Positions 26,601 to 39,800 of a stretch of DNA of 64,000 nt are shown piece by piece. Below the pieces are notes generated by a model. The model had not been told where the DNA came from, did not search any database, and was given only the letters and a program-made list of their open reading frames with translations. A program made the position numbers and the translations under genes. Position 1 is the stretch's first letter, and each line of letters opens with the position of its first letter. Origin of the DNA: Eledone cirrhosa (taxonomy: Eukaryota); NCBI GenBank assembly GCA_964016885.1, contig OZ024741.1, positions 157,914,001 to 157,978,000 on the forward strand, given 5' to 3'.

Positions 26601-29600
26601 TTTCCTGGATAAGGGGCAGTCAACCCGATTCCTACAATTACAGTTAGTACTAACTACTGGGTTGCACGTGTTATCAACAGCTAGGTAGTTTAGCTAAATT
26701 TGAAGTTGTGATGTTATGTGCAAGGCCAGGAGTCATAGAGTAAGAAATTTTAATAGTATTTCTATTAAAAATTTTACTATATTTATGTGTAGGAGGAAAA
26801 TGCTTCATAATAAGGGAGAGAAAGATCTTAGCTAATGGTGTGACCACCTCCATATTATATGGTGGGTTATACCATATAATGTGACGGGATCTATTTCTTC
26901 TAGGTCTTTTCTCGTACTCTGTATATGCTACCTTATCAACAAATCCACTCCGGGCAAGAGCTTCATTGTAATAAGTGGAATGGTCGTTGAAAATATGCTC
27001 ATTAGTAGATAGACGGGAAAGCCTCAAAGAAACGTTTCTTACCAGGATCTTGGTTATGCTGGCAGGATGGTTAGAATGCTTACTTATGTAATTAAGCGTA
27101 TCATTCTGCTTTCTATACGGGTAATGCAAGCCATTCAATAAATTGAGGGTAACGTTGAGGTCATTAACGACCGAGAGGTTGGCCTCAACCTGTATGGAGA
27201 GGTTGAAGCCTTTAAAGAGGGCTGTGAGTTCTTTTCTGAACCTGTCACAAGCACATGGGCCGCACTTAGTCATGGTCAAAAGACCATCATCACGGTACAA
27301 ACCACCGCCCACGTTGGGGAATTCTTCCTTGATAGAGAAAAGACGGAAAAGGCCGATAAGATCAGTAACCTCCGCAGAATCGCTGGCGCTCATACTCACG
27401 TCGAATGGGGTACTATTAGATTTTTTAATCCAAATAGAGTCGTCAAAATTAATCACCGACATTGAGGATGACATCAACTTCGAAATCCTTAACCACTGTG
27501 AGTGTTATAGCGAAATTGATAGCTCTAAGGAGAAGTGGTAAAGTGATGGAGGAGTAGTAATTATTGATGTCGAATTGGATAAAATGGCAATGTTCCTTGT
27601 TGCATATGCCGTTGAACCAATCAATCACCGCGAAAGAATTGTTCCACAGTGCGAGAGGGACCAAACTTCTAATTTCAGGTATAATTCTATCAAGAATCCT
27701 TTTGCTAAGTCTAGCTAAATTGGACTTCGTAGGGTTAATAATCCGAATAGAGGGGTTGTTCAGAAAATTGGATTTGTGATCCTTCAGGGTAAAGTGGGGA
27801 GAAATAGGGTCCGGTCTAGGATGTTGAGATCAGAGGTGATTTTAAACCCAGCATCGTTGATTTCATTAATGACGCTCCGATTAGTTTTACGGTAATCCTT
27901 AGTTACAGCATTATGTAGCAGTTGATGGTAGGTACTGCGCTCCACTTGATATAGATTGCCAGTTTTGTCGGACGTGCACGGCATTAGAATCCTTAATAGA
28001 ACGAATTCTATTCTATATAGATATATTCTATTCTATTCTATATATATATATCTTCTTTCTGTCTCTTTCTCTCTCCCTCTCTATGTCAGTACTACTGTTA
28101 TTTCCAATTGATATTATAGGGTAATTTGCCACATTCTGTTTTACTATACTATAAGTTACATTTTGGCATTTATAATTGCAGAGATATTTGGGTGAAGAAA
28201 ATAGAGACAGCTTCAAGGCACTACCTGGAGACAGAGAGGAAGAAGAATGAGAAAGCATACCTGTGTATGTAATATTATTATCATTACTATTATTATTATT
28301 ATCTTTGTTGGTTATTAATATCTTTCAAGACGTGGTTTACATTGCTCATGTAAATTTGTTCTATTTTCCCAGTTATATAACCTTTTGCATTGAAATTTAT
28401 TTTATTGTTTTGAAGTTAAGCAAGCCAGTATCTTAGTGAGCTGGTACTTTAGCTCTACCTGAAGCCCTTAGAGGCTAAACCTGTGTTTGTTTTTCAAACA
28501 TGCACCTCAGTTTTCTGTAAAAATTAAGATGGCAGACACTAAATGGAATGGTGGGCTGTCCATAGAGTGGAACAGCCAAAATTCTTAAAACAATGACAGC
28601 TGCAGCAGCGACCAAAACTTATCTCATGTAAATGAAGCAGACTTTCCAGCTCTGCCAATGTTTATCACTGTGAATGCCGCCCCCACCACCGCAACGACAG
28701 TAGGTGCAGCCAACACCACTAGCACCACCACCACTGCAACAACTGAAATAAAAACAAAATTAAAACTAACACACATGACAGCAACAACATAAATGATAAC
28801 TTTTCCTTTCCAACCATTTCTACTACATTTATACCCATATCTTCTATTGAATCATTGTAACAACTCTTCGTCACTGCAGGTTTTTGACTATGAAAATTAG
28901 TCTAACATGTTAGACAACAAGCCCCCAGAGATGGAAAAATAGGACAGCATCACCTGTGGGAGTCCAACACATCTGCCATATACTGGATGGCCATGCTACT
29001 GATTACATTATATATGTATATATATCATTTTTATTATCATTATATTTATTTAATGTCTGCCTTCTCTACTAGCAAAGGTTGAACAGGTTGTCAGTAGACT
29101 GGGTTTGTATCCAAAATAGAGGTACTAACTCCACTTGGGTCACAAGCCTGCACCCCATTTATGTTTCTACACCCTACCTAGTGCTCAGATGGGCCAGTGA
29201 CACATTTACATATGATTCTGCATACTACCGAGTTCATTTTATCATGACATAGGCACTAGGGAGGTTGCTATATCCTTGACACAACCAACGAGTCCTCCTT
29301 TCCCTTTGTTTGGCAAGTTTTCTATGGCTGGATACCTTTCCTCTCACCAACGACTTTACAGAGTGTACTGAATGCATTCATCATGTAGCACACTAGCACT
29401 AGAAAGTCTATCATGCTTCTGACTCAACAGGGGAGTCTTCTCATCCCTATTTGGCATGGTTTCTACAACTTTCATCTTCCATATTCATTGCGTGTCTTTA
29501 CCAACACAATCTTCTCTTGAATTCTTCTGTTATGGCCTGGAGGACTATAATAAAAAAAAAAGGAAAGGGACTAAGGACTGAGCCTTGGTAGACTCCCACC

Positions 29601-30813
29601 TGTACATTAAATTTATTGCCAACTCTTACCTTGTGAGTAGCATCTCTGTACAGCCTTCACAACCCATTCCCCTACACACATATCTATAGATACGATGAGA
29701 TACACACACACACACACACACACAAACTGCTAATTCTCAAGACATAAACACAGGCACAAATGTAAACACACACACACATGCACATGATGGGCTTCGACAG
29801 TTTTTGACTACCAAATTTTACTCATAAGGCTTTGGTCAACCTGAGGCTATAGTACAGAAGTTTTCAAACTTTTGGGGCCACCCCCCTCCCCTCACGATCA
29901 CGTAATATCCTGAGCGCCCCCAACCCTATTTCCAGAAAGTTGTAAATATATAAATATTACATGAAAATTGTAAATAATATATAAATAAAATTGTTATATA
30001 TAATATATAATATAATTGTTTCTGCTTTTGGCACAAGGCCAGCAATTATCCCAGTGTATTACTGCTACTTTATTTTATCGACACTGTAAGGATGAAAGCA
30101 AAGTTAACCTCGGCGGGATTTGAACTCAGATCATAAAGGGAGGTAACTCTATGCTTCAAAGCATGACATCTGACCCTCTACCGATACTGCCAATCCACAG
30201 CCCTTATATATAATATATAATATAATATATACTATATATAAATAAGTATTATATATTTTTTTATTTTACTATATTTATATATATGTATAATTTGATATTT
30301 AATATACTATTATATCATCTCTACTGCTGCCACCCTCCACCACCCCCTTAGGCACCAGACCTACTCAATGCCCTGCAGGGGGCGGAAACACCCACTTTGA
30401 AGACCTCTGCAATAGTAGAAGACACTGGCCCAAGGAACCAAGCAGTAGGAGTAAATTGAGAACTACATAGTTGTGAAATGAACTTAAACACAACTCTGCC
30501 TGAACCTATGTGTTTGTGTGTGTGTTGACAGTTTATGATTTGGCATTTAAGAATGCCATTATTCCAAAATATTTAAGTATATGTTATTACCATCATCATC
30601 ATCATTATCACCATCATCGTCATTACCAGCCTCCTCCTCATCATCATCATCATCAATATCAATTTACTCATTATCACCCTGAGGTTATAAAAATGTAGTT
30701 GTATGCATTCATGTATATATGTACATATGTATGTATGTTTGTATATATGTATGTATGCATGCATGTATGTATATATGTTTGCATGTATGTATGGATGCAC
30801 GTGTGTGTATGTA

Positions 30814-30846
<33 letters not shown>

Positions 30847-33800
30847 GTGTATGTAAGTGTATGTGTGTGTGTGGATGTAAGTGTATGTATGTATTGATAG
30901 ATGATGGATGTATGTACATATTTAAGTGTATATATAGATGTACGTATACATATGTATTTATGTATGTAAATGCATGTATATGTGTGTATGTATGTATGTA
31001 CATACGTATGATGTATGCATATATGTATGTATGATCTTATGCTATACGTATGTGTGTATGTATGTATTTATGATGTATGTATGCATATATGTATATATGT
31101 ATGTATGTATGCGTATATGTATGATGTATGATATATGTATGTATATATGTATTTATGTATGTATGTATTTATGATGTATGTATGCATATATGTATGTATG
31201 CGTATATGTATGATGTATGATATGTATTTATTTATGTATGTATTTATAATGAATGTATGGATATATGTATGTATATATGTATGTATTTATGATGTATGTA
31301 TGCATATATGTATATATGTATGTATGCATATATGTATTTATGATGTATGTATGCATATATGTATATATGTATGCATATATGTATATATGTATATATATGT
31401 ATATATGCATATATGTATATATGCATATATGCATATATGTATATATATGTATGTATTTATGTATATATATATGTATGTATTTATGATGTATATATATGCA
31501 TGAGAGATTGTGTTTTTAATGTGCTTTTATGTGTAAGTGTCTGTGAACATTTTAATAGATTATCTTACCATACAAGTGCTTTATCATTTGTTGTTGTTTT
31601 TGTCTGGGCCTCCCCCCCCCCCCCCCCGGACCAACCTCTTCAATCCAACTACTTCCACTCTTTCTGTAATGTGTGTAATTTACTACCAGTGTGATTGGCA
31701 ATTGGCATGTTGGCAGCAAAATAAGTGTTAACCTCTCTTTACAATCAAACGTTGTTGTTGTTGTTGTTTTGGTTCTGAATATATTTCGTGGAGAGGAAAC
31801 AACAACCATAGGCTGGAAGAATTATTCATTGAAATATCATCATCATCATCATCATCATGATAACCATCATGGTTGCCATTATCATCACCATCATTGCCAT
31901 CATCTTCATAATCATCATCTTCATAATCATCATCATCATCATCATCATTGTATCATACACACACATACATCTATGCATTCTCACACACACACACATACAT
32001 CTATGCATTCTCACACATACATAAACACACATGCACACACACACAAACATACACACGTCTGTGTATGTTTGTGTGTGTATATATATATGTCTGTAAGAAT
32101 CTTACACCATTCTTTTCAGGTTGGATTAGATTTTTCTTTAATATTATTATTGTTGTTGGAAAAACTAGTTGAGTATCAGACAAAATGTATTGCTGTATCT
32201 TGTTATGGCCCTTTACACTCTAAGTTCATATCCTGCCGAGATTATCTTTTTTTTTCATCATTTTGGGGTTGATAAAACTAAGTACCAGTCAAGTACTGGG
32301 GTTGACACAATCAACTTTCACCCACCCTCCAAAAAATTGCAAGCCATGCGCTTAAATTAGAAATCATTATTATTATAGGATATTGGATATTATTATAGGA
32401 TATAGGATATTATTATAGGATATAGGATATTATAGCGGTGGATTGGCAGTATCGGTAGAGAGTCGGACGCCATGCTTTGACGCATAGAGTTACGGCCCAT
32501 TCTGAGTTCAAATCCTGCCGAGGTTAACTTTGCCTTTCATCCTTACGGGGTCGATAAAATAAAGTACCAGTAATGCACTGGGATAATTGCTGGCCTTGTG
32601 CCAAAAGTAGAAATAATTATTATTTTGGGATATTGTAGATGGCAGTGGGTAGACTGTATCGGTAGAGTGTTAGACATGCTTTGTGGCGTAGAGTTGCGGC
32701 CCTTTACGTTCTTACTATAGAGGGAGGTTGATTGGCAGTATCGGTAGAGTATCAGACATGCTGTGTGGCATAGTTTCGGCCCTTTATATTCTGAGTTCAA
32801 ATCCCTCTGAGGTTAGCTTTGCCTGTCATCCTTACGGGGTCAATAAGATACAGTGCCAGTAATGCACTGGTGTTGATTTAATCGACTTTCCCCTCCCCCA
32901 AAATATTGTCTATGTGTCTAAATCAGAAACCATTATCCTTATTATGAATTTTATATCTCAGTCATTGATGTTATTTAACTGGAAAAATAACCCTAATAAA
33001 CATCAAGCTGCTACCTGCAGCCTCAGATATTTAGGACATATCAGAGGGTCCTTACTGTTCCCAGTAGGCCGGCCTTTTGAAGTGTTCCAAAAGAGGTGAC
33101 TGGAATGATGGTCTTTAGCCAGCCTTGGAAACTCTTCAAGACAGTACCTGGTGCTCCTATGAAGATGGGGACAACTTTGATCTCATGACAGTCCCAAATC
33201 CTTTTCAGTTCCCATTTTAGATCCTGGTACTGGTTAATTTTCTCCCTTCTTTTTTTGCATTCCTGTGTAAAAAAGGCAAGCTACATCTAGAATCGAGCTA
33301 GATTGTATTTCCTTCTCAAAACCCACCAAGTCAGGCCTGTTGTGTTCTAATTCTTTATCTGTTTATCCTGAAATCCCTCTACATTTTCATGCAATCGTTT
33401 TCTATCACCAACTCTGGCTTATGTTCATATCACTTCTCAGAGTGAAGTAAATCATTCAGTTTGCATAAATGCCAGTTGATCACTTTTCCTATGATATCAT
33501 GCCTCCATCCTTTATAATGTGTCTGGGCTAGGTGTTTACTTTCAGATTCAATGGGAGCCACAGTTTCCTCTTTCTCTCTCTTCACAGATCCTACATAATG
33601 GACTAGCTTTCTCCTTATCAATATGATGTTTCATCCACTTTGTTCTAATGGCTTGCTTCTGTGCAGTCAGTAGCATTCTTTCTGTAGCTTTTTAAAGGTC
33701 TCCTTTCTTTAACCAGTCCCATGTCTGCAGATCTCTGAAGTCTATTTTCTCCAAGAAGGTGTTATGAAGAGCTTTTTTAATTTAAATTGTTCTTCCTCTT

Positions 33801-36800
33801 TGTCATTAACTTTTCTTGGACATACCCTGGTCTATTATCTCCTTCAGCATTGGCTTCTTACTCTCAGACACATATTTATGTAAACAGCTCTTCTCAATCT
33901 CAACACAGTCCTCCATGCTGATAAGACCTCACCCACCTTCAGCTCTCTTTAAGTACAGTCTATCAACATCACCCTTCTTATGAAACATACTATGGGAAGT
34001 CATTAACTTCCTTGTCTTTCTATCCAGTTCTTTTTGCTCATTTACATTCCGGCAATAAGTTGTTTATGTCGAGGTGGTGGTAGATTTCCTCAGATATAAT
34101 GCTTGTTACCAATTTTCACATCAAGGAAAGATGTAGTAGGCCTATAGTTTGTAACATCATTTCCCTTGGCTTGGTATTTCATAATTAGAATCATGTTACC
34201 TTTTGTCAACCACTGCAGTGCTTCACCCAACACCAAGCAGTCACTAAACATGGCTGTCAGTATCAGGTGGAGGGACATTATATTTTTAGTCCAATATCCT
34301 TGCACACCATCCAGACCTGGTGATTTCCAGTTGGTTAATTTATTGGTCTAATTTAAGTAGACCAATATTGTTCCAGATTTTATGCATTCATTTCCTATAG
34401 CTTTTCTTAGTGGGATCACTTTTCAGATAACATTTCATCAAAGTTTTATTCAGTTTCTTTGTCCAGTTGGTTCTGGCCTCATTCTTTCTTCCTCCAACAC
34501 CAGCAGTATTTGGATGAGAGTCCTTCACATGATGTACCGGCATCCTTTTCACCATTATTTGAACTATTTAGGTTTTACATTTAAACACTCATAAAGAGGA
34601 TTAGTGAATTTAAGGTTGCACTAACCAGTGTTTTTAACATGACACCACCCACCACTGGATTTGTGACAGTTTATATGATGGTTATTATTATTATCAGTAT
34701 CGGTAGAGCATCAGACACCATGCTTTGCAGCATAGAGTTACAGTCCTTTACTGTCTTAGTTCAAATCCCGCCGAGATTAACTTTGCCTTACATCCTTACG
34801 GGGTTGATAAAATAAAGCACCAGTAACGTACTGGGGTCGATTTAATCGACTTTCCCCGCCTCCAAATTACTGGCCTTCTGCCTATACTAGAAATCATTAT
34901 TAATAATTGTTTCTACTTTTGGCACAAGGCCAGCAATTATCCCAGTGCATTACTGGTACTTTATTTTATCGACCCCCGTAAGGGTGAAAGGCAAAGTTAA
35001 CCTCGGCGGGATTTGAACTCAGAATGGCAAGGGCCGTAACTCTATCCGTCAAAGCATGGCGTCCGACCCTCTACCGATACTGCCATGTGTTGTTGTTGTT
35101 TCTGCTATATTTGCTACATGGATTTTAAAACATTCTTGAAAAGTACAAAGCACTCATATGACTGTATCACGTTAAAAATTGAAGTCTTTAACTCTAGTTC
35201 ACATATACTATAAATATTCGAATTAACAAACTCATATTTAGATATTTTCTGCTAAATCCTTACAGGATGTTATGGGTTAATAAGAAAACAATATTGTCCA
35301 TATTTTTTGTCCTTTATCATTATTGTTGTCTGTCACCTGTTCTTTCATAGCTCCAAGACGTTCACATACTGTTGGCCGCCTCCTTGTTATACTGCAAGAA
35401 GGTATCAGTCTTTGTGCCTCCAGCCACGGCAATGGTAAGACAGTCAGCTTTCTGCTGCCTAACACTCGCAGTTCTACTGCATGAAGACTGCTGCAACATA
35501 ATAACACCTGTGACCTCTAGAGGTCACTCTTTTAGAATTGTTATGTTACCTTATGTTATGTTTCTGTTTTGTATGTTGTTTTTTGTTATTTACTCACTAA
35601 CAAGCTCTCATTAATTGCATCTGTTGTTGTTGTTGTATTCTATTTAACTTTTTATTCATGTAGTGCTTTATTTTATTGTCAATATGGTCACCCTTGGTAC
35701 CATTGTTGTAGTTGTGACAGCTCACACCTTTGCACACAACAACAGTTATGTTTACTTTTCATTTCAAGAAATAAATATGAAGTGAACATAATGGTATTTA
35801 TGTGTGTTTGAATGGTTAAAATAACACTTTCACAATGTAATTGATTCAGTTTCAACAGTCTCAGATCAAATCCCTTGCCAGAAAAGTACAACTTTGACTA
35901 AAATGACTCTACTACAATTCAATTGTTTCGGTTTTAACACAGTCTCAGATCAAATCACTTTACCAAACTAGTATAACTTCAAAACTTAGAAATCCATTTA
36001 TTAAAATCTCCTATAATTTTCACTCTATTTTGTTTGTTTTTTTGTCAGTCTATATATTTATTACTTTTTCTTTTGGGATTTGTCTAAATTAATTAAATAT
36101 TTCTTTCATAAAAATCTCTTTTTTTTTGTGTGTGTTGTGTCAATCTTAACTTTATTACAGTATTTTTTACACTATTATTCAAAGTAATATTTTTCTAGTT
36201 TGTTGTAAATGATGATGGCGATGGTGTTAGGTGCATATTATTAAATACTTGAGGCTCTATTTGGTCATACAGATTATTGGTTTGCACCTGGAAAGTTCCT
36301 CTCCAATGCACAAGCCTGGGAAATGTGTTTTGTGGAAGACTAGCAGTCTTCCAAGCATATCAGTCTCACCTTTCCATGCCACTGATGTTATAAAAAGAAA
36401 AGGCATAAGCTAGTATAGTTTGGCATAGCTTGGCACTAGTGTTGTCACAACTCATTTTTACCAGTTGAGTGGACTGAAACAACATGAAATAAATTGTCTT
36501 GCTCAAGGGCTCAACATGCCATCCAGTCCTAGAATCAAACTCAAGATGTTACAGCCATGAGCCAAACACTCTAACTACTAAACCACAAATCTTCACAATT
36601 TATTGAATAACCTCCCAGTATAACTCAGGGACTTAGAAAGAAGATTGACACCACCAATCATTTCTAAGGCTCATTGAAATGCCACAATAGACATGGTAAA
36701 ATCTTTTGAGTGGCATCTCTCTGTCTGGCTGCACCAATTATAGTAACTTGATTGATAACTCAGGTGCTTATTTAACATACATCAGCTGAAATAGTGAGGT

Positions 36801-39800
36801 ACTTGTGGTTATTATTACTTTTATCATGATGGCTTAGTGGCTAGTGTGTTGGGCATACAATTTGAAGGGCATGGCTTTTATTCCTGAGCTAGTTGACACA
36901 TCATGTCTTTCAGCAAGATACTTTATTTCAAAGTGCTTCAATCCACTTAGTGAGAAAGAAATGGGTTATACTTGTGGTTCAAACTGCCAACCATGTCCCA
37001 CACTGTATTGCATTGAATTTACCTCAGAACTAGGTTAAGGGTACACATGTCTGTGGAATGCTCAACCACTTACACATGAATTTCGTGAGAAGGCTGTTCC
37101 ACTGTTTGAACAACTAAAATACTCATCATTGAAACTGACAGAGGTCCAACAACAACAACAACATATTTGCTTTTTATTGAATCACATACATAACCCATAC
37201 TACAAAATAATATAACTACAATATATGTTGTGTGTTTCATCGTATATTTATTCTCTACTTTTGTCAAATCAACATCACATTCTACACAAAATCAGTGCCT
37301 ATGCTTAATTAGTGAACATGTGACTTAACTATTCAAGATATAAAGAGAATCTAAGAGATGTGAAAACCATGATAGCTTTAGTTCTTGACAGGAATCCAAT
37401 AACCCAGATATCAATGAATTTGATGGTCCACAGCCATGGCAATGCCAATCATCATCATCGTTTAACATCCATGTTCCACGCTTGCATAATTAATATAATT
37501 AATAAATACTAAATAAAATGTTGAGGTTTACAAAATGAAGTAATATTTAAAATTTTAGAAATATGTTTCATAATGTATGTATATAATTAATACTTGTTTC
37601 TGATGTATAAATAATTTGTGATTATTAATGATGTATATATGTATGTTTGTTACCTATGTATATAATCAATGTTTGTTACTGGTGTATATAATCAATGTTT
37701 GTTACAAGTGTATATAATTTGTTTGTTAATGATGTGTATAATATATTCAATAACAATTTTCTTGCTTTTAACCTTTTTGATATTCACTCAGCCAAAACTA
37801 GCTCTGGTTCTATGAAACAAAACAACCTATTTTACAGCTTTTCTATTTAACCCTCTTCACACCAAACTGTCAGAAACCACCCTTGGTTCTATTATACATA
37901 GTTATTTGTTTTAAAGAGTTTATGTAAAAACTTCCCATCATAATTTAAATATAAATACTTTAAAATAAACAGCTTTGTATCTTAGAACCAGGGACAGCTT
38001 TAGGCAATTTAGTATCAATTATGATGAAAGAATTTTAGTAAACGTAAGCACAAAATGGACAAATCTGTCTATTTTGAAGCACTTCAAAATAGACAATTTT
38101 GTATCGCAGAACCATGTATAGTTTCAGGTGGTTTGGTAACAAAAAGATTAAATGTTGCATGTTTCTTATTAACCATGATGCATGTTACCTAGCATAATTC
38201 CAATTAGAGAGTAATTGCTCACACATTTACTTATATATACTCACACACAGTATCTGTCTTGTTAAATGTCTACAGTATGGCTGATGGAATGTACCTCAGC
38301 GGGGCATTCTACATACTAAAATATACACATACATTCTATATGCTAAATATACATAAATACGTACATTCTACATACAAATTAAATATATATAGTCTAACCC
38401 ATACAAGCATGGAAAAATAGATGTTAGATGATGATGATGAGGAGGATGAGCTTCTTCTTCGCCCACTTATTCCTGAGAGGTTCATGGCAGCAGAGTCCTT
38501 AAACACTCATTCCAGCAGGTCTTGTCAGAAGCAACCATCTCCAACTGATCTGGTTGAATCCCCAAGTGTGACCAGCCAAGCTCATGGATGTTATCCAACC
38601 ATCTTGCTTGAGGTCTCCTGCCAGTTGTTTTTGCCTGTAAAATTTGTCCAGCAATTCTTTCTTGAGGCATTCTAACCATATGCCCAAAGTATCGGGACTG
38701 TGATATCTCAATTCAGAGAAGTGGCAGCTCTACCTAGAGTGGTGATGTGCATGAACAATGATCATTGGGTGAAGAAGTGTCAGGAAATGCCAGTGGAAGG
38801 AAGTTGTGGCAGAGGTAGACCAAGAAAGACCCGGGCAGATGTGAGAGCTGACCTCAAATCACTGAGACTCACAGAGGTGATGACAAAGGATCACTATGTG
38901 TGGAGAAATGCTGTGATGAGAAGGACCTGTCTGAAACATACAGATGTGGAAAAGCAGATATAAAAACGATGATGATTTATATATATATACAGTTGTTTAA
39001 AAAAGTAATGAAATTTACAGCTGATATCTATCAGTCCTATCATACACACATATGCATGTTGCTGTTACAGCTTGCACTTATACAGGTTAGCTGACCTCCT
39101 ATGAGGTACTATCTCATAGAAGATTTCTTAGACGATTTAATGTAAGGAGCCCCAGTCCTATCATGAAATGCAATGTCTTGCTCAAGAACACAATGTACTG
39201 CCTGGCCTGTAATCCAACTCATGACTTCATGATTGTGGACTGAACACCTTTACCACTAAACTACTTGCCTTCACTACACACACACACATACACACACACA
39301 CACCCGTCATCTGTCTTGTTATTGTTTATGCTTGTATTACTATTATTATACCACAAACATTGCTTGTTAAGGAATTAATCCAGTTTGCATGGCTCAACCT
39401 CATATTACCTTACTCGCATGCATTTTTTCTTTTTTTCTTTTTTATTCCTTATGTTATCGCTTTTCTCTCAGCCAAACGAACTGGTGGAATTGGACGCCTG
39501 ATGGTTGTCATTTTAGAGGGCACCAACCTCGTCGCATCTGACTTGAATGGTATGCTGAGCAATTCATTGAATTGTTCACAAATAATTTTAATTTTCAACA
39601 TTACCGTTACTACTCTTATTACCACTATTATTATTATCAACCTGTGGCGATCAAGGTGACTGTGGATGTATAGGCTTCCTTGGTTATTCCTATTTCAAGG
39701 TTCTCCTGTATTAAGGTTGCTTACCATCATCATGTATATTGTGTGTTGCTCTTAATATTTTTTTCTCATTCAATTTTTATGTAAACCTCCACAGTTATCT

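Noticed and set aside
30510-32272. Many short ORFs rich in Y/M/C/V/H
   Set aside because: Translations of (TATG)n, (CA)n and (CAT)n simple repeats.
32437-32520. tRNA gene
   Set aside because: A/B boxes belong to a high-copy SINE head; no cloverleaf.
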